Source: Alphaproteobacteria bacterium
GTDB lineage: Bacteria; Pseudomonadota; Alphaproteobacteria; Rickettsiales; JABIRX01
Direction: 5' to 3'
Length of the DNA: 64,000 nt
Assembly (NCBI GenBank): GCA_018667735.1
Contig: JABIRX010000015.1
Location: 27,569-91,568, forward strand
Under the pieces are notes generated by a model, which saw only the letters and a program-made list of their open reading frames with translations, had not been told where the DNA came from and made no database searches. This document shows, piece by piece, positions 47,799 to 59,404 of this stretch (positions are counted from its first letter, which is position 1; each line of letters opens with the position of its first letter). The position numbers and the translations under genes were made by a program.

Positions 47799-48645
47799 GC
47801 TTATTTTATACACATCTTTAATTAGGTTAAATAAACCTATCGGCACAATATTATTATTACTGCCCATATTATTAGTATTTATAATTTTAGATAGTGAATT
47901 TTTATATTTAGATATCTTAGCAATATTTGTATGTTTATCATTCATTATGCGCTCAGTTGGTTGTGTAATAAATGATTTGCTAGATGTTAAGTTTGATCAA
48001 AAAGTAGCTAGAACAAAGAACAGACCTTTAGCATCGGGTAAATTGACAATATTAGAAGCTATAATTTTGCTTGTAATACTATTATTGTTAGGACTTTATT
48101 TAGCTATGTTTTTAAAATTTGAGACATTAATTAGGTCAATATTTATTATAGTACCCATATTCTTCTATCCTTTGATGAAGCGTTTTTTTATATATCCTCA
48201 ATTATTTTTAGGATTAACTTTTAATTTAGGAATTTTGATCGCAGCTTATGAAATTAAAGGTTATGTAAGTACAGAAATCATGATTTTATATTTATCATTT
48301 GCATTTCTTACCGTAGCTTATGATACTATATATGCTCATCAAGATAAAAAAGATGACATAATGTTGAAGTTAAATTCTACAGCTATATCATTTGGACAAA
48401 ATAGCAAGAATATCATCTTCTTTTGTTATCTAGTTTTTATGCTAGGTTTATTATTTATTGGTTTATCTCTTGGGTTTAAGATTCTGTTTTTTCTATCTTT
48501 AGAGTTTCTTTTCCTTTTTGTTTTTTATTTGGTTAACTTTTTAGACTTAAATAACAAAGATCAATGTGGCTTATTTTTTAACGCAAATGGTTATTTTTTG
48601 TTAGCAGTTAATTTGATTTTCTTAGCAGCTAATTATATTTACTAA
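47788..48645 (+). CDS. ubiA: 4-hydroxybenzoate polyprenyltransferase
   Basis: LIRLNKPIGT, GCVINDLLDVKFDQKVARTKNRPLASG and YDTIYAHQDKKDD are UbiA motifs. I prefer the ATG at 47788, which overlaps the HIT gene by 11 nt, over the ORF-track start at 47746. Confidence 0.88.
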   Translation: MLDKLILYTSLIRLNKPIGTILLLLPILLVFIILDSEFLYLDILAIFVCLSFIMRSVGCVINDLLDVKFDQKVARTKNRPLASGKLTILEAIILLVILLLLGLYLAMFLKFETLIRSIFIIVPIFFYPLMKRFFIYPQLFLGLTFNLGILIAAYEIKGYVSTEIMILYLSFAFLTVAYDTIYAHQDKKDDIMLKLNSTAISFGQNSKNIIFFCYLVFMLGLLFIGLSLGFKILFFLSLEFLFLFVFYLVNFLDLNNKDQCGLFFNANGYFLLAVNLIFLAANYIY

Positions 48646-48650
48646 ATTAG

Positions 48651-50147
48651 CTATTTAGTTTTCTTCTCTATATTCAAAATAGTGTTAAAATCTTTAATTG
48701 CTAATGCTAATAAGTTGGTTTTAGCGTATGATATTCCTCTTAAATGATAGGCATTAATATTAGAGTTATCTAATGTTGTAATTTTAGAAAAATCTTTGAT
48801 GGCATTATCAAAATCTTCTCTTTTATAATAATTAAGGGCACGAGATATGAATGCTTCTTTAAATTTATTATCTAAATTAATTGCCGCTCCATACATCTCT
48901 ACTGCAGAATTAGGTTGATGATTCTGGTCATATTGCAATCCTTTTTTGTAAAAAGCTTTAGCTCTTTTGAGCTTAGCTTGATCAATGATTAATTGGGGTA
49001 TTAGTTTTTGGTTTTCTTCTAAAAATAATTCAAACTTATCAGACTCTAAATTATCAATCATTTGATTGACCTTATTTACAATTTTTATTCTTTGGTCAAC
49101 AGTCTGCTTAAGGTTTAGTAGTCCTTCATGATCTAATTCATTGATATTAATTTGTTTTACTTCAGCTGGTTTGTTTTTAACTCTTTTATTTAAATTAAAT
49201 TTACGATCTAGCGAGCCTATTACAAATTTATCCTCACTTGCTAATCTGTCTAAAGTATACTCAATAATGTTATTCACATTATCTTGAAAAATTAAATTAT
49301 TATTATTGCTTTTCAAAGTGCTTTCTATTTTCTTGCCAGTAAGATTAACTTTTAGGTTTAGTTTTGCTAAAATATAAGATATAGAATGGACTATATTCAA
49401 GCTTAGTAAATTAGGTATCTTGTTGGAGTTGTAATATAGTTTACAGTAGCCGGTGGTAATTCTTTGACTAAAAAAATTATATATTCTTATATTTGCATGC
49501 TTTTCCCTGTCATATAAGTTGATAATATTTTTACCATTAATATTTTTGTCAATTAAGTGAATTCTAATAGGAAAGTTAGGATATTGTTTTACTGCCTTAT
49601 TTAGCTGTTTAAATATTTCGTTTTTTGTAAAATTTCCATAACAAAGATTTATAAGTAAGCTGCTAATTAAGTTAATATCCTTATGTTCAAGCTTATCAAA
49701 TAATTTTTCTATTATCACTGAAAAGTGATTTTCTTGTGCTTTAATTATTAAAACAGAAAATTTATTTTCAGAATCTAGGTTAGAAATTTGCTCAGCTAGC
49801 ATATTTGCAACTAAATCATGAGCAGCTTTATTTTCGTAAATTTTAAGATTTAATTGAAAGATTCTATGCAGTATTTTTTTTATATTGTCTAAATTTTCTT
49901 CGCTATTTTCACACAATTTATAAATTGCTTTAATAATTTCTGCTTTAATAAGTAATTTAGATTTATCATTATGATACTCACCACTATATTCAAAATTTCT
50001 TATATGGTGAGCGAATCTTCTAAGATCTTCTTTGGCATTATCGTTACCAATAACATGTTTTAGATCTGTTATATGAAGATCAATATTTTTGTTGTAATCA
50101 ATTTTATTTTTCATTTTTACATATAAATTCAATAGCTTAAGTCTCAA
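48651..50147 (-). CDS. Hypothetical protein with C-terminal TPR repeats
   Basis: 498 aa. The last ~110 aa show TPR periodicity (AKAFYKKGLQYDQNHQPNSAVEMYGAAINLDNKFKEAFISRALNYYKREDFDNAIKDFSKITTLDNSNINAYHLRGISYAKTNLLALAIKDFNTIL). I cannot assign the N-terminal ~380 aa. Confidence 0.7.
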   Translation of the reverse strand: MRLKLLNLYVKMKNKIDYNKNIDLHITDLKHVIGNDNAKEDLRRFAHHIRNFEYSGEYHNDKSKLLIKAEIIKAIYKLCENSEENLDNIKKILHRIFQLNLKIYENKAAHDLVANMLAEQISNLDSENKFSVLIIKAQENHFSVIIEKLFDKLEHKDINLISSLLINLCYGNFTKNEIFKQLNKAVKQYPNFPIRIHLIDKNINGKNIINLYDREKHANIRIYNFFSQRITTGYCKLYYNSNKIPNLLSLNIVHSISYILAKLNLKVNLTGKKIESTLKSNNNNLIFQDNVNNIIEYTLDRLASEDKFVIGSLDRKFNLNKRVKNKPAEVKQININELDHEGLLNLKQTVDQRIKIVNKVNQMIDNLESDKFELFLEENQKLIPQLIIDQAKLKRAKAFYKKGLQYDQNHQPNSAVEMYGAAINLDNKFKEAFISRALNYYKREDFDNAIKDFSKITTLDNSNINAYHLRGISYAKTNLLALAIKDFNTILNIEKKTK

Positions 50148-50257
50148 TCTTACAACAAAAAATTAAATTGTTAAGTATTAAATTTATACTTATAAAAAGT
50201 TAATTTGACAGAGGTGAAATTATATAATAAAAACTAATCTTTAAATTATAAAATATT

Positions 50258-51796
50258 ATGAAAGATTATTCTGTAGTTAAGCAATTAGCAAAAAAAAGAC
50301 AATTAGCAAGACAGGGTGGAGGAGCTAAAAGAATAGAGACTCAACATGCTAAGGGAAAGTTAACCGCGCGAGAAAGGATTGAGGTTTTACTAGATCCAGA
50401 ATCATTTGAGGAGTACGGCTTGTATGTAGAGCATCGTTGTACCAACTTTGGTATGGAGAATAATAAAATACCGGGGGATGGTGTTGTTACAGGTCAAGGC
50501 ACCATAAATGGTAGGTTAGTCTTTGTATATAGTCAGGATTTTACTGTCTTGGGAGGTTCTTTGAGTGAAACTAACGCCAGAAAGATATGCAATATAATGG
50601 ATAAAGCAACTCAGGTTGGCGCGCCGGTAATAGGCATAAATGATTCAGGGGGTGCTAGAATACAAGAAGGTGTTGATTCTCTAAGCGGTTATGGTGAAAT
50701 TTTTCAACGAAATGTTATATCATCTGGTGTGGTGCCACAAATATCTGCAATAATGGGTCCGTGTGCTGGAGGGGCTGTTTATTCTCCTGCCTTGACTGAT
50801 TTTGTTTTTATGTCTAAAGGAACATCTTATATGTTTGTTACAGGTCCAGATGTGGTAAAAACGGTTACACATGAAGAAGTTTCTCAGGAAGAGCTTGGAG
50901 GGGCTAAAATACACAATTCTGTTTCAGGTGTGTCTGACTTTCAATTTGATAATGACATAGAGGCTCTTGCAAAAATCAGAGAATTGGTAAATTACATACC
51001 AAGTTCCAATCAAAGTGAGATACCCAAAATAGAAAATACAGATTCAGTGGATAGAATAGATGTAGCATTAAATACTTTGGTGCCTGAGAACGCAAATTTG
51101 TCATATAAAATGTCTGAGCTAATCAGCAGGGTTGTTGATCATGGGGATTTTTACGAGATTAAAGCAGATTATGCAAAAAACATAATTATAGGCTTTGGCC
51201 GTATGGATGGAAGCACAGTTGGTTTTGTGGCTAATAACCCTATGCATTTGGCGGGTTGTTTGGATATTAATGCTTCAACTAAAGCTGCTAGATTTATTAG
51301 GTTTTGTGATGCATTCAATATACCTTTAGTTTCTTTTGTAGATGTACCTGGCTTTTTACCTGGTGTTTCTCAAGAACATAACGGTATCATAAAGCATGGC
51401 GCAAAATTATTATATGCATATGCTGAGGCAACAGTACCAAAAATCACTGTAATTACCAGAAAAGCTTATGGTGGCGCATATATAGTGATGAATTCAAAGC
51501 ATTTAAGAGGTGATGTTAACTATGCTTGGGCTAATGCTGAAATCGCTGTTATGGGACCTAAAGGTGCTGTAGAAATCATACATAGGAAAGATGCTGGTGA
51601 TCCTGAGTTAATGGAACAGCATGCTAAAGATTATAAGGAAAAATTTGCTAGTCCTTTTGTTGCGGCTTCTAGAGGTTATATCGATGAGGTGATAAGGCCG
51701 CAAAATACAAGATCAAGAATTATAGGGTCCTTGAAAATCTTACATAATAAAAAGGTTAACTTGCCTTGGAAAAAACATGATAACTTACCTTTGTAA
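50258..51796 (+). CDS. pccB: Propionyl-CoA carboxylase beta (carboxyltransferase) subunit
   Basis: 512 aa. [49 protein letters not shown] and [11 protein letters not shown] are acyl-CoA carboxyltransferase signatures. Confidence 0.88.
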   Translation: MKDYSVVKQLAKKRQLARQGGGAKRIETQHAKGKLTARERIEVLLDPESFEEYGLYVEHRCTNFGMENNKIPGDGVVTGQGTINGRLVFVYSQDFTVLGGSLSETNARKICNIMDKATQVGAPVIGINDSGGARIQEGVDSLSGYGEIFQRNVISSGVVPQISAIMGPCAGGAVYSPALTDFVFMSKGTSYMFVTGPDVVKTVTHEEVSQEELGGAKIHNSVSGVSDFQFDNDIEALAKIRELVNYIPSSNQSEIPKIENTDSVDRIDVALNTLVPENANLSYKMSELISRVVDHGDFYEIKADYAKNIIIGFGRMDGSTVGFVANNPMHLAGCLDINASTKAARFIRFCDAFNIPLVSFVDVPGFLPGVSQEHNGIIKHGAKLLYAYAEATVPKITVITRKAYGGAYIVMNSKHLRGDVNYAWANAEIAVMGPKGAVEIIHRKDAGDPELMEQHAKDYKEKFASPFVAASRGYIDEVIRPQNTRSRIIGSLKILHNKKVNLPWKKHDNLPL

Positions 51797-53796
51797 TGAA
51801 AATGAAAAAAATTTTAATAGCCAATAGAGGAGAGATTGCAGTTAGAATAATTAAAACTGCACGAAAATTAGGTATAAAAACGGTAGCTATTTACTCGGAG
51901 GCTGATGTGAACTCTATGGCAGTTCAAATGGCTGATGAGGCTTTTTATATAGGTCCTTCACCATCAAATTTAAGTTATCTAAATGTAGCTAAAATTTTAG
52001 AAGTTGTGCAAGAGTCAGGTTCAGATGCAGTTCATCCTGGTTATGGGTTTTTGTCTGAAAATGCAAGTTTTGCTAAGGAGTTAGAGAAAATAGGAGTAAA
52101 TTTTATTGGTCCGGGTGTAGAGGCTGTTCAGTCAATGGGTGATAAAATAATTTCCAAAAAAATAGCTAAGGAAGCTGGTGTAAGTACAGTTCCAGGTTAC
52201 ATGGGAATAATTGAGGATCCTAATGAGGCTAAAAAAATAGCTGAATCTGTTGGTTTTCCTGTGATGGTTAAGGCTGCTGCCGGAGGTGGTGGAAGAGGAA
52301 TGAGAATAGTACATAAAATCGAGGATGTTGCCAAGGCATTTGACTCCGCTAAGTTAGAGGCTAAGAATAATTTTGGTGATGATCGTATTTTTATTGAGAA
52401 ATTTATAGAAAAGCCAAGGCACATAGAAATTCAGATTATCGCAGATAAGCATGGGAATGTGGTTTGTTTAGGGGAGAGAGAATGTTCAATTCAAAGATAT
52501 AACCAAAAAGTTATAGAGGAGGCTCCTTCTTCATTTTTGAATGAAAAAGTGAGACAAGACATGTACAAACAAAGTGTTAATCTGGTTAAAAAGGTAGATT
52601 ATTTTTCTGCAGGTACTATTGAGTACATCATGGATAAGCAGCATAATTTTTACTTTCTGGAGATGAATACAAGGTTGCAAGTTGAGCATCCTGTTACTGA
52701 GCTTATTACTGGTGTTGATTTAGTTGAGCAGATGATCAATGTAGCTAACGGAGATAAGTTAAGCTTTAGTCAAGAAGATATAAAGCTGAGAGGCTGGGCG
52801 ATGGAGTCAAGAATATATGCAGAAGATCCTGCTAGGGGCTTTTTACCTTCGAGTGGCAGAATTAGTACTTATCAGGAGCCTGAATCCTCGGAAAATGTTA
52901 GAATAGACACGGGTGTATATGAAGGAGGAGAGGTAAGTATGTTTTATGATGCTATGATCGCAAAATTATGTACTTATGGTAAAGATAGAAATGAGGCTAT
53001 AAGTTACATGCAAAAGGCTTTAGGGCAGTATGTAATAGAAGGGATATCAAATAATATTAGCTTTCTAGAATCTATGTTTTTTAGTAGTCGATTCGCATCA
53101 GGGGATCTTTCCACTAACTACATAAGCGAGGAATATCCAGATGGATACAAAATGATTGAGATTGCTTCAAGTGATTATAAGGAAGCAATATATGCCTCAA
53201 CAATTATTAGGTGGATGGAGTCATTAAGGGTTTCTAAAATTACTGGATCTATAGCAGGTAATGAAAAAGAGGTAAATACTAGGTGGGCCGTTTGTGTTGG
53301 TGAGGACACTTATATAGTAGAGTTAGAGATTTTGGGTAATAACAACTTTAAAATAAGAGCGCAGGGCAAAGAGATTCTCATAAGTGATGTGAATTGGCAT
53401 TCAGGTATGCCATTATTTAAGGCTAAAATAGATAGTGCTAACATTTCACTTAAATTTACTAAATCGAGTAAAAGTAATTTATACAGATTTAATTATTTGG
53501 GTGGATTTGTTAATATTTCTGTGGTTTCGCCAAGGGTGGCTGAGTTAATGAAATATATGCCTGCTAAAGTTGAGGAGTCTAATGACAAATCTTTAATAGC
53601 CCCCATTTCTGGTAAAGTTATAGATGTTCTGGTTGGAAAAGGCGAGAAAGTTAAGGCTGGTATGGAATTAGTTGTTATTGAGGCAATGAAGATGGAGAAT
53701 TCACTTGTTGCAGAGAGGGATGCAGTAGTAAAAGATGTTAAAGTTAATAAAGGTGATAACGTCCAAGCTGAGCAAATATTAATTGAATTTAACTAA
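51796..53796 (+). CDS. pccA: Propionyl-CoA carboxylase alpha (biotin carboxylase + BCCP) subunit
   Basis: 666 aa. KILIANRGEIAVRII, GGGGRGMRIV, EMNTRLQVEHPVTE, and the C-terminal biotinyl motif VIEAMKMEN. Its ATG shares a base with the pccB stop codon. Confidence 0.88.
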   Translation: MKMKKILIANRGEIAVRIIKTARKLGIKTVAIYSEADVNSMAVQMADEAFYIGPSPSNLSYLNVAKILEVVQESGSDAVHPGYGFLSENASFAKELEKIGVNFIGPGVEAVQSMGDKIISKKIAKEAGVSTVPGYMGIIEDPNEAKKIAESVGFPVMVKAAAGGGGRGMRIVHKIEDVAKAFDSAKLEAKNNFGDDRIFIEKFIEKPRHIEIQIIADKHGNVVCLGERECSIQRYNQKVIEEAPSSFLNEKVRQDMYKQSVNLVKKVDYFSAGTIEYIMDKQHNFYFLEMNTRLQVEHPVTELITGVDLVEQMINVANGDKLSFSQEDIKLRGWAMESRIYAEDPARGFLPSSGRISTYQEPESSENVRIDTGVYEGGEVSMFYDAMIAKLCTYGKDRNEAISYMQKALGQYVIEGISNNISFLESMFFSSRFASGDLSTNYISEEYPDGYKMIEIASSDYKEAIYASTIIRWMESLRVSKITGSIAGNEKEVNTRWAVCVGEDTYIVELEILGNNNFKIRAQGKEILISDVNWHSGMPLFKAKIDSANISLKFTKSSKSNLYRFNYLGGFVNISVVSPRVAELMKYMPAKVEESNDKSLIAPISGKVIDVLVGKGEKVKAGMELVVIEAMKMENSLVAERDAVVKDVKVNKGDNVQAEQILIEFN

Positions 53797-53853
53797 AATA
53801 ATTTACTTTTTTAATTTTACTCACATTATATTTGCTAAAACTTAAGAATTTCC

Positions 53854-53881
53854 TTGACGAAAACGATTTAATCCTTATTTT
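53854..53881 (+). promoter_or_regulatory. Candidate sigma70-type promoter of the str cluster
   Basis: TTGACG (53854-53859), a 16-nt spacer, then TATTTT (76-81), about 30 nt upstream of the rpsL ATG. This is pattern matching only, and AT-rich DNA gives many false -10 boxes. Confidence 0.3.
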
Positions 53882-53910
53882 TCTTAAACTTCACAAAATA
53901 TAAATTATTT

Positions 53911-54282
53911 ATGCCTACTATAAATCAATTAGTAAGAAATCCTAGAAAAAGGATTGCTAATAAAACAAATTCTCCTGCACTTGCAAATTGCTCCCAAAAA
54001 AGAGGAGTATGCGTCAGGGTTTACACTACTACACCAAAGAAACCTAATTCTGCATTAAGGAAGGTTGCTCGTGTAAGACTTACTAATAAGTATGAAGTTA
54101 TTGCATACATACCAGGAGAGGGTCATAATTTGCAAGAACACTCAGTGGTATTAATAAGAGGAGGAAGGGTAAAGGATTTACCAGGTGTTAGATATAAGAT
54201 AGTGAGAGGTTCTCTTGATACTCAAGGAGTTCAAGACAGAAAAAGATCACGTTCTCGTTATGGAGTAAAAAAACCTAAATAA
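53911..54282 (+). CDS. rpsL: 30S ribosomal protein S12
   Basis: [13 protein letters not shown]...[17 protein letters not shown]...[27 protein letters not shown]. Confidence 0.98.
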   Translation: MPTINQLVRNPRKRIANKTNSPALANCSQKRGVCVRVYTTTPKKPNSALRKVARVRLTNKYEVIAYIPGEGHNLQEHSVVLIRGGRVKDLPGVRYKIVRGSLDTQGVQDRKRSRSRYGVKKPK

Positions 54283-54302
54283 TAAATTTAAAATAATATA
54301 AA

Positions 54303-54773
54303 ATGTCTAGACGTCACAGCGCAGAAAAAAGAAAAATTAATCCAGATCCAAGATATAACAGCTTGTTGGTCGCTAAGTTTGTAAACAACCTGATGAAGGA
54401 GGGTAAAAAAGCATTAGCAAGAAATATAGTCTACCAAGCTTTTTTGCAAGTTGAGCAAAAGCTTAAAAAACCTGCATTAGAAGTGTTTGAAGAAGCTATA
54501 GCTAGGGTAGAGCCAAAAATAGAGGTTAAATCAAGAAGAGTAGGAGGTGCAACATATCAAGTGCCTGTTGATGTTAAGCCAACTAGAGCTAGAGCGTTAG
54601 CTATAAGGTGGGTGCTGGAAGCTATTGGTAAAAGGAATGAGAGAGCTTCACAGGATCGTCTTGCTGGAGAAATCCTTGATATTGTTAATGGTAGAGGTCA
54701 TGCAATGAAGACTCGTGAAAATACTCACAAGATGGCCGAAGCAAATAGAGCTTTTTCACATTTTAGGTGGTAG
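54303..54773 (+). CDS. rpsG: 30S ribosomal protein S7
   Basis: MSRRH.AEKR...DPRYNS..V.KF.N..M..GKK..A...VY.A...[12 protein letters not shown]...AFSHFRW. Confidence 0.98.
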   Translation: MSRRHSAEKRKINPDPRYNSLLVAKFVNNLMKEGKKALARNIVYQAFLQVEQKLKKPALEVFEEAIARVEPKIEVKSRRVGGATYQVPVDVKPTRARALAIRWVLEAIGKRNERASQDRLAGEILDIVNGRGHAMKTRENTHKMAEANRAFSHFRW

Positions 54774-54785
54774 ACTGAGGATATT

Positions 54786-56867
54786 ATGGCAGAATTCAAA
54801 TATGATTTAAATAATTATAGAAACATCGGTATCATGGCTCACATTGATGCTGGTAAAACAACTACTACTGAAAGAATATTATATTACACAGGTAAGTCTC
54901 ACAAAATTGGTGAAGTGCATGATGGCGCTGCAACAATGGATTGGATGGAGCAAGAGCAAGAAAGAGGTATTACAATTACATCTGCCGCCACAACTTGTTT
55001 TTGGAATGGTAATAGAATTAACATAATAGACACACCGGGGCACGTAGATTTTACTATTGAAGTTGAAAGATCTTTAAGAGTTTTAGATGGAGCTGTTGCA
55101 GTGTTTGATGGTGTAGCTGGTGTTGAGCCACAATCAGAGACTGTTTGGAGACAAGCTGACAAGTATAATGTACCTAGAATTTGTTTTGTTAACAAAATGG
55201 ATAGAACTGGTGCAAATTTTTATCGTTGTGTTGACATGATGGTAGATAGGTTGGCCGCCAAGCCATTAGTATTACAACTACCGATAGGTTCTGGAGAAGA
55301 GTTTGTTGGTTTGGTTGATTTGATGAGAATGAAGCAAATAATATGGAAGAATGAAAATTTAGGTGCGGAGTTTACTTATGGAGATATACCAGCTGATATG
55401 CAAGCTAAGGCTGAAGAGTACAGAGAAAAGCTAGTAGAGGCTGCTGTAGAGCAAGATGATTCATTGTTCGAGAAATATTTGTCTGGTGAAGAAATTTCCA
55501 ATGAAGATTTGCAAAGATGTATCAGGTCTGGTGCAATTAAAAGAGATTTCGTTCCAGTTTTGTGCGGATCAGCATTTAAAAATAAGGGGGTACAATCACT
55601 ATTGGATGCGGTAGTAGACTATTTACCTTCTCCAATCGACATTGGTCAAGTGGAAGGAAGTGACGTAGATGATGCTGAAAAGAAAATAATCAGAAAAGCT
55701 GACCCAAAAGAGCCTTTAGCTGCTTTAGCTTTTAAGATTATGACTGATCCTTTTGTTGGTTCTTTAAGTTTTGTGCGTATTTACTCAGGCTCATTAAAGG
55801 CAGGTGATACAATTTACAATCCTATCAAGCGTAACAAGGAAAGGGTTGGTAGAATGTTGCTTATGCATTCAAACCACAGAGAGGACATAAAAGAAGCGAA
55901 GGCAGGAGATATAATAGCTCTTGCTGGTTTAAAAAACACTACTACTGGTGACACCTTATGTATGCAAGATAATCAGGCTATATTAGAAATAATGGAGTTT
56001 CCTGAGCCAGTTATTGAGGTTGCAGTTGAGCCTAAATCTACAGCAGATCAAGAGAAAATGGGTTTAGCTCTTGGAAGGCTTGCATCTGAAGATCCATCAC
56101 TTAGAATATCTTCAGATGAAGAAAGTGGTCAAACTATACTTAAGGGTATGGGTGAATTGCACTTAGAAATTATAGTGGATAGATTAAAAAGAGAGTTTAA
56201 GGTTGAGGCTAATATTGGAGCTCCACAAGTAGCCTATAGAGAAGCTATAACTAAATCTTTTGAAGTTGATTATACGCATAAGAAACAATCTGGTGGTGCT
56301 GGTCAATTTGCAAGAATTAAATTATTGTTAGAGCCTAATGAAAAAGGTGAAGGTTTTTCTTTCGTAAGCAAGATTGTTGGAGGTAATGTACCTAAAGAAT
56401 ATATACCAGGAGTACAAAAAGGTTTAGAGCAGAGTTGTAATGCTGGAGTTTTAGCTGGTTATCCTGTAGTTGATTTTAAAGCAACATTGTTAGACGGCGC
56501 TTATCATGATGTTGACTCTAGTGTTTTAGCATTTGAAATTGCTTCTAAAGCTGCTTTTAGAGAAGCGGTCCCTAAGTCTGGTCCCGTAATACTTGAGCCA
56601 GTGATGAAAGTAGAAGTTATAACCCCTGAAGAATATATGGGTGATATAATAGGCGACTTAAATTCAAGAAGAGGTCAAATTAGTGGTATGGAACCTAGAG
56701 GAAATGCTCAGGTTATTAGCTCTCATGTTCCACTAGCTTCAATGTTTGGTTATGTAAATGAGTTGCGTTCTATGTCACAAGGAAGAGCACAATTTACGAT
56801 GCAATTTGCACATTATGAGCAAGTTCCACAACAAATAGCTGATGAAATTAAATCCAAAGTAGCATAA
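54786..56867 (+). CDS. fusA: Elongation factor G
   Basis: 693 aa. [35 protein letters not shown], and all five domains by length. Confidence 0.98.
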   Translation: MAEFKYDLNNYRNIGIMAHIDAGKTTTTERILYYTGKSHKIGEVHDGAATMDWMEQEQERGITITSAATTCFWNGNRINIIDTPGHVDFTIEVERSLRVLDGAVAVFDGVAGVEPQSETVWRQADKYNVPRICFVNKMDRTGANFYRCVDMMVDRLAAKPLVLQLPIGSGEEFVGLVDLMRMKQIIWKNENLGAEFTYGDIPADMQAKAEEYREKLVEAAVEQDDSLFEKYLSGEEISNEDLQRCIRSGAIKRDFVPVLCGSAFKNKGVQSLLDAVVDYLPSPIDIGQVEGSDVDDAEKKIIRKADPKEPLAALAFKIMTDPFVGSLSFVRIYSGSLKAGDTIYNPIKRNKERVGRMLLMHSNHREDIKEAKAGDIIALAGLKNTTTGDTLCMQDNQAILEIMEFPEPVIEVAVEPKSTADQEKMGLALGRLASEDPSLRISSDEESGQTILKGMGELHLEIIVDRLKREFKVEANIGAPQVAYREAITKSFEVDYTHKKQSGGAGQFARIKLLLEPNEKGEGFSFVSKIVGGNVPKEYIPGVQKGLEQSCNAGVLAGYPVVDFKATLLDGAYHDVDSSVLAFEIASKAAFREAVPKSGPVILEPVMKVEVITPEEYMGDIIGDLNSRRGQISGMEPRGNAQVISSHVPLASMFGYVNELRSMSQGRAQFTMQFAHYEQVPQQIADEIKSKVA

Positions 56868-56889
56868 TTAATATTTTTAAAGGTATAAA

Positions 56890-58074
56890 ATGAGTAAAGA
56901 AACATTTAAAAGAGATAAATCACACTTAAATATAGGAACAATTGGTCACGTTGATCATGGTAAGACTACATTAACGGCGGCAATATTGAAATATTTTAGC
57001 TCTGAGAAGTTGGGTTATGACGAGATAGACAAGGCTCCAGAAGAGAGGGCAAGAGGAATAACAATACAAACTGCGCATGTTGAATATGAGACTGCGAATC
57101 GTCACTACGCACACGTTGATTGTCCAGGACACGCTGATTACGTTAAGAATATGATAACGGGAGCAGCTCAAATGGATGGAGCTATATTAGTATGTAGTGC
57201 AGCAGATGGTCCTATGCCACAAACTAGAGAGCATATATTATTAGCTCGTCAAGTAGGTGTTAAAAACTTAGTTGTATATTTAAATAAATGTGATCAAGTT
57301 GACGATGAGGAGTTGTTAGAGCTTGTTGAAGTTGAAGTAAGAGATTTGTTAAGCCAGTATGATTTTGCTGGAGATGATATAACTATAATAAATGGAAGTG
57401 CTTTAAGCGCATTAGAAGGAAAAGACGATGCCGGTTTAGGTAAGGCTTCTATAGATGCTTTGATGGCAGCGGTTGATGCTGATTTTCCTAATCCTGAGCG
57501 TGCTATAGATGGTAATTTCTTAATGTCGGTTGAAGATGTATTTTCGATCTCAGGCAGAGGAACTGTAGCAACTGGTAGAATAGAGCAAGGCATAGTGAAG
57601 GTTGGCGAAGAAGTTGAGATAGTTGGAATAACGGAAGAGACTCAGAAGAGTACATGTACTGGTGTTGAGATGTTTCGTAAGTTACTAGATCAAGGTCAAG
57701 CTGGAGACAATGTTGGAATTTTATTACGTGGTTTGAAGCGTGAAGATATACAAAGAGGTCAAGTTATAGCTAAGCCGGGAAGTATTACACCACATAAGAA
57801 GTTTAAGGCAAGTTTATATGTTTTGACTAAGGATGAAGGAGGTCGTCATACGGCATTCTTTAGTAATTATCGTCCACAATTTTACATGCGTACAACGGAT
57901 GTTACTGGAAGTATAGAATTACCTGCTGGAACTGAAATGGTAATGCCTGGAGATAATATAGAATTGACAATTAATTTGATTAATTCTGTAGCATTGACTC
58001 AGGGTATGAGGTTTGCAGTAAGAGAGGGAGGTCGTACTGTGGGATCTGGTGTAGTTAGTGAAATTATTGAGTAA
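56890..58074 (+). CDS. tuf: Elongation factor Tu
   Basis: 394 aa. [48 protein letters not shown]. Confidence 0.98.
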   Translation: MSKETFKRDKSHLNIGTIGHVDHGKTTLTAAILKYFSSEKLGYDEIDKAPEERARGITIQTAHVEYETANRHYAHVDCPGHADYVKNMITGAAQMDGAILVCSAADGPMPQTREHILLARQVGVKNLVVYLNKCDQVDDEELLELVEVEVRDLLSQYDFAGDDITIINGSALSALEGKDDAGLGKASIDALMAAVDADFPNPERAIDGNFLMSVEDVFSISGRGTVATGRIEQGIVKVGEEVEIVGITEETQKSTCTGVEMFRKLLDQGQAGDNVGILLRGLKREDIQRGQVIAKPGSITPHKKFKASLYVLTKDEGGRHTAFFSNYRPQFYMRTTDVTGSIELPAGTEMVMPGDNIELTINLINSVALTQGMRFAVREGGRTVGSGVVSEIIE

Positions 58075-58085
58075 TACTCTAATTT

Positions 58086-58161
58086 GGGAGTGTAGCTCAA
58101 CTGGTAGAGCGCCGGTCTCCAAAACCGGAGGTTAGAGGTTCGATTCCTCTCGCTCCTGCCA
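58086..58161 (+). tRNA. tRNA-Trp (anticodon CCA), CCA end encoded
   Basis: gggagtgtagctcaactggtagagcgccggtCTCCAAAaccggaggttagaggttcgattcctctcgctcctgcca. It sits in the conserved tuf / tRNA-Trp / secE position. Confidence 0.92.
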
Positions 58162-58178
58162 AATAAAAAGATAGTAAA

Positions 58179-58367
58179 ATGAAATTAATTAGTTTTTTAC
58201 AAGAAACAAAAAAAGAAGCTTTAAAAGTAACTTGGCTAAAAAGAAAGGATTTAATATTATCCACTTTATCAGTTTTTTTAATAGTAGGTTTATTTTCAGT
58301 ATTTTTTCTAGTGGCAGATTTGCTTATTTCAAAGTTTATAACATATATAATAGGGGTTTCAAATTAA
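58179..58367 (+). CDS. secE: Preprotein translocase subunit SecE
   Basis: 62 aa with a single C-terminal TM helix. E.KKV.W..R.... pattern (ETKKEALKVTWLKRKD). Position upstream of nusG. Confidence 0.85.
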   Translation: MKLISFLQETKKEALKVTWLKRKDLILSTLSVFLIVGLFSVFFLVADLLISKFITYIIGVSN

Positions 58368-58368
58368 T

Positions 58369-58902
58369 ATGTCTTACAAATGGTATGTAGTACAAGCTTA
58401 TTCTGGTTCGGAAAAAGCTGTTTTAAATGGTATTAGACAGAGAGCTGAAAGAGCTGGCTGTGAACAGCTAATAGAAGATATTCTAGTTCCGCTGAAGAAA
58501 ATAGTTCAGATAAAAAAGGGAAAGAAGGTAGAAGTTGAAAAGAACTTTTATCCTGGTTATGTTTTTGTAAATATGGATCTAAATAACGAGTTGTGGCATT
58601 TAATAAAACAAATTCCTAAAGTATCGGGATTTATTTCTCAAAATGGAAAACCATCTCCTATTAGAAAATCTGAAGTAGATAATATATTTGGGCAGTTAGA
58701 AGATGATAGCTTGGATCTTGGTTGTGATGTTGAATTTGACATAGCAGAGTCAGTTAAAGTGATAGATGGTGGTCCATTTGATAGCTTTACTGGAGTTGTA
58801 GATTCTGTAGACACGACAAAAAAGAAGCTTATAGTGTCAGTATCTATTTTTGGTAGAGCTACTCCACTAAATCTTGATTTTAACCAAGTTGAAAAAATAT
58901 AA
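58369..58902 (+). CDS. nusG: Transcription termination/antitermination factor NusG
   Basis: KWYVVQAYSGSEKAV, FPGYVFVNM, and a C-terminal KOW region (VKVIDGPFDSFTGVV). Confidence 0.95.
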   Translation: MSYKWYVVQAYSGSEKAVLNGIRQRAERAGCEQLIEDILVPLKKIVQIKKGKKVEVEKNFYPGYVFVNMDLNNELWHLIKQIPKVSGFISQNGKPSPIRKSEVDNIFGQLEDDSLDLGCDVEFDIAESVKVIDGGPFDSFTGVVDSVDTTKKKLIVSVSIFGRATPLNLDFNQVEKI

Positions 58903-58968
58903 AAAAAAACTTGCGTATTAAGTAAAAACAATATAGAAAAAGCATCTCTTTAAGGAAATATATTAGCT

Positions 58969-59400
58969 ATGGCAAAAAAAGAAGTTACTGGAATAATAAA
59001 ACTACAAGTACCAGCTGGTGGTGCAAATCCATCCCCACCTGTAGGGCCTGCTCTAGGGCAGAAAGGTCTAAATATAATGGACTTTTGTAACAAGTTTAAT
59101 GATGCTACAAAAGGGTTTGAAAAAGGTATGCCTATACCAGTTATAATAAGCGCTTACGCTGATAGATCTTTCGATTTTGTAACTAAAACTCCCCCAGTGT
59201 CTTTCTTGATAAAGAAAAAGTTTGATTTGAAAAAAGGCTCAGGAACTACTGGTAAGGAAGTGATAAAGGAAGTTAAAAAGAGTGACTTTAAAGAAATAGC
59301 TGAAGTAAAGCAAAAAGATTTAGATTTGCCATTAGACTCTATAGTCAATATGGTGGCTGGAACAGCTAAGTCATTGGGTATCAAGGTTTTAGAAGATTAA
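58969..59400 (+). CDS. rplK: 50S ribosomal protein L11
   Basis: [35 protein letters not shown]. Confidence 0.97.
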   Translation: MAKKEVTGIIKLQVPAGGANPSPPVGPALGQKGLNIMDFCNKFNDATKGFEKGMPIPVIISAYADRSFDFVTKTPPVSFLIKKKFDLKKGSGTTGKEVIKEVKKSDFKEIAEVKQKDLDLPLDSIVNMVAGTAKSLGIKVLED

Positions 59401-59404
59401 GGAA

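Noticed and set aside
50205-50228. Perfect TTGACA and TATAAT hexamers upstream of pccB
   Set aside because: The spacer is only 12 nt, which is incompatible with a standard sigma70 promoter. The match is probably a coincidence in AT-rich DNA.
54844-57593. Several 60-99-aa ORFs inside or antisense to fusA and tuf (54844..55026, 54899..55195, 56971..57171, 57294..57593; also 57919..58122, which runs into tRNA-Trp)
   Set aside because: They are embedded in highly conserved genes and have low-complexity or implausible products with no independent signals. The same applies to the other short overlapping ORFs in the track, for example 73..333, 2146..2382, 4233..4607, 5049..5438, 6644..6940, 6999..7193, 8233..8451, 9112..9351, 13665..13940, 14806..15390, 17199..17865, 18432..18680, 22825..23037, 23370..23564, 24723..24980, 25388..26316, 27188..27409, 28316..28531, 29112..29306, 29986..30192, 30304..30540, 35295..36045, 36576..36758, 37746..37991, 39270..39518, 43051..43353, 45881..46336, 47691..47945, 50720..50914, 52132..52424, 58638..58931, 59154..59760 and 62181..63737.
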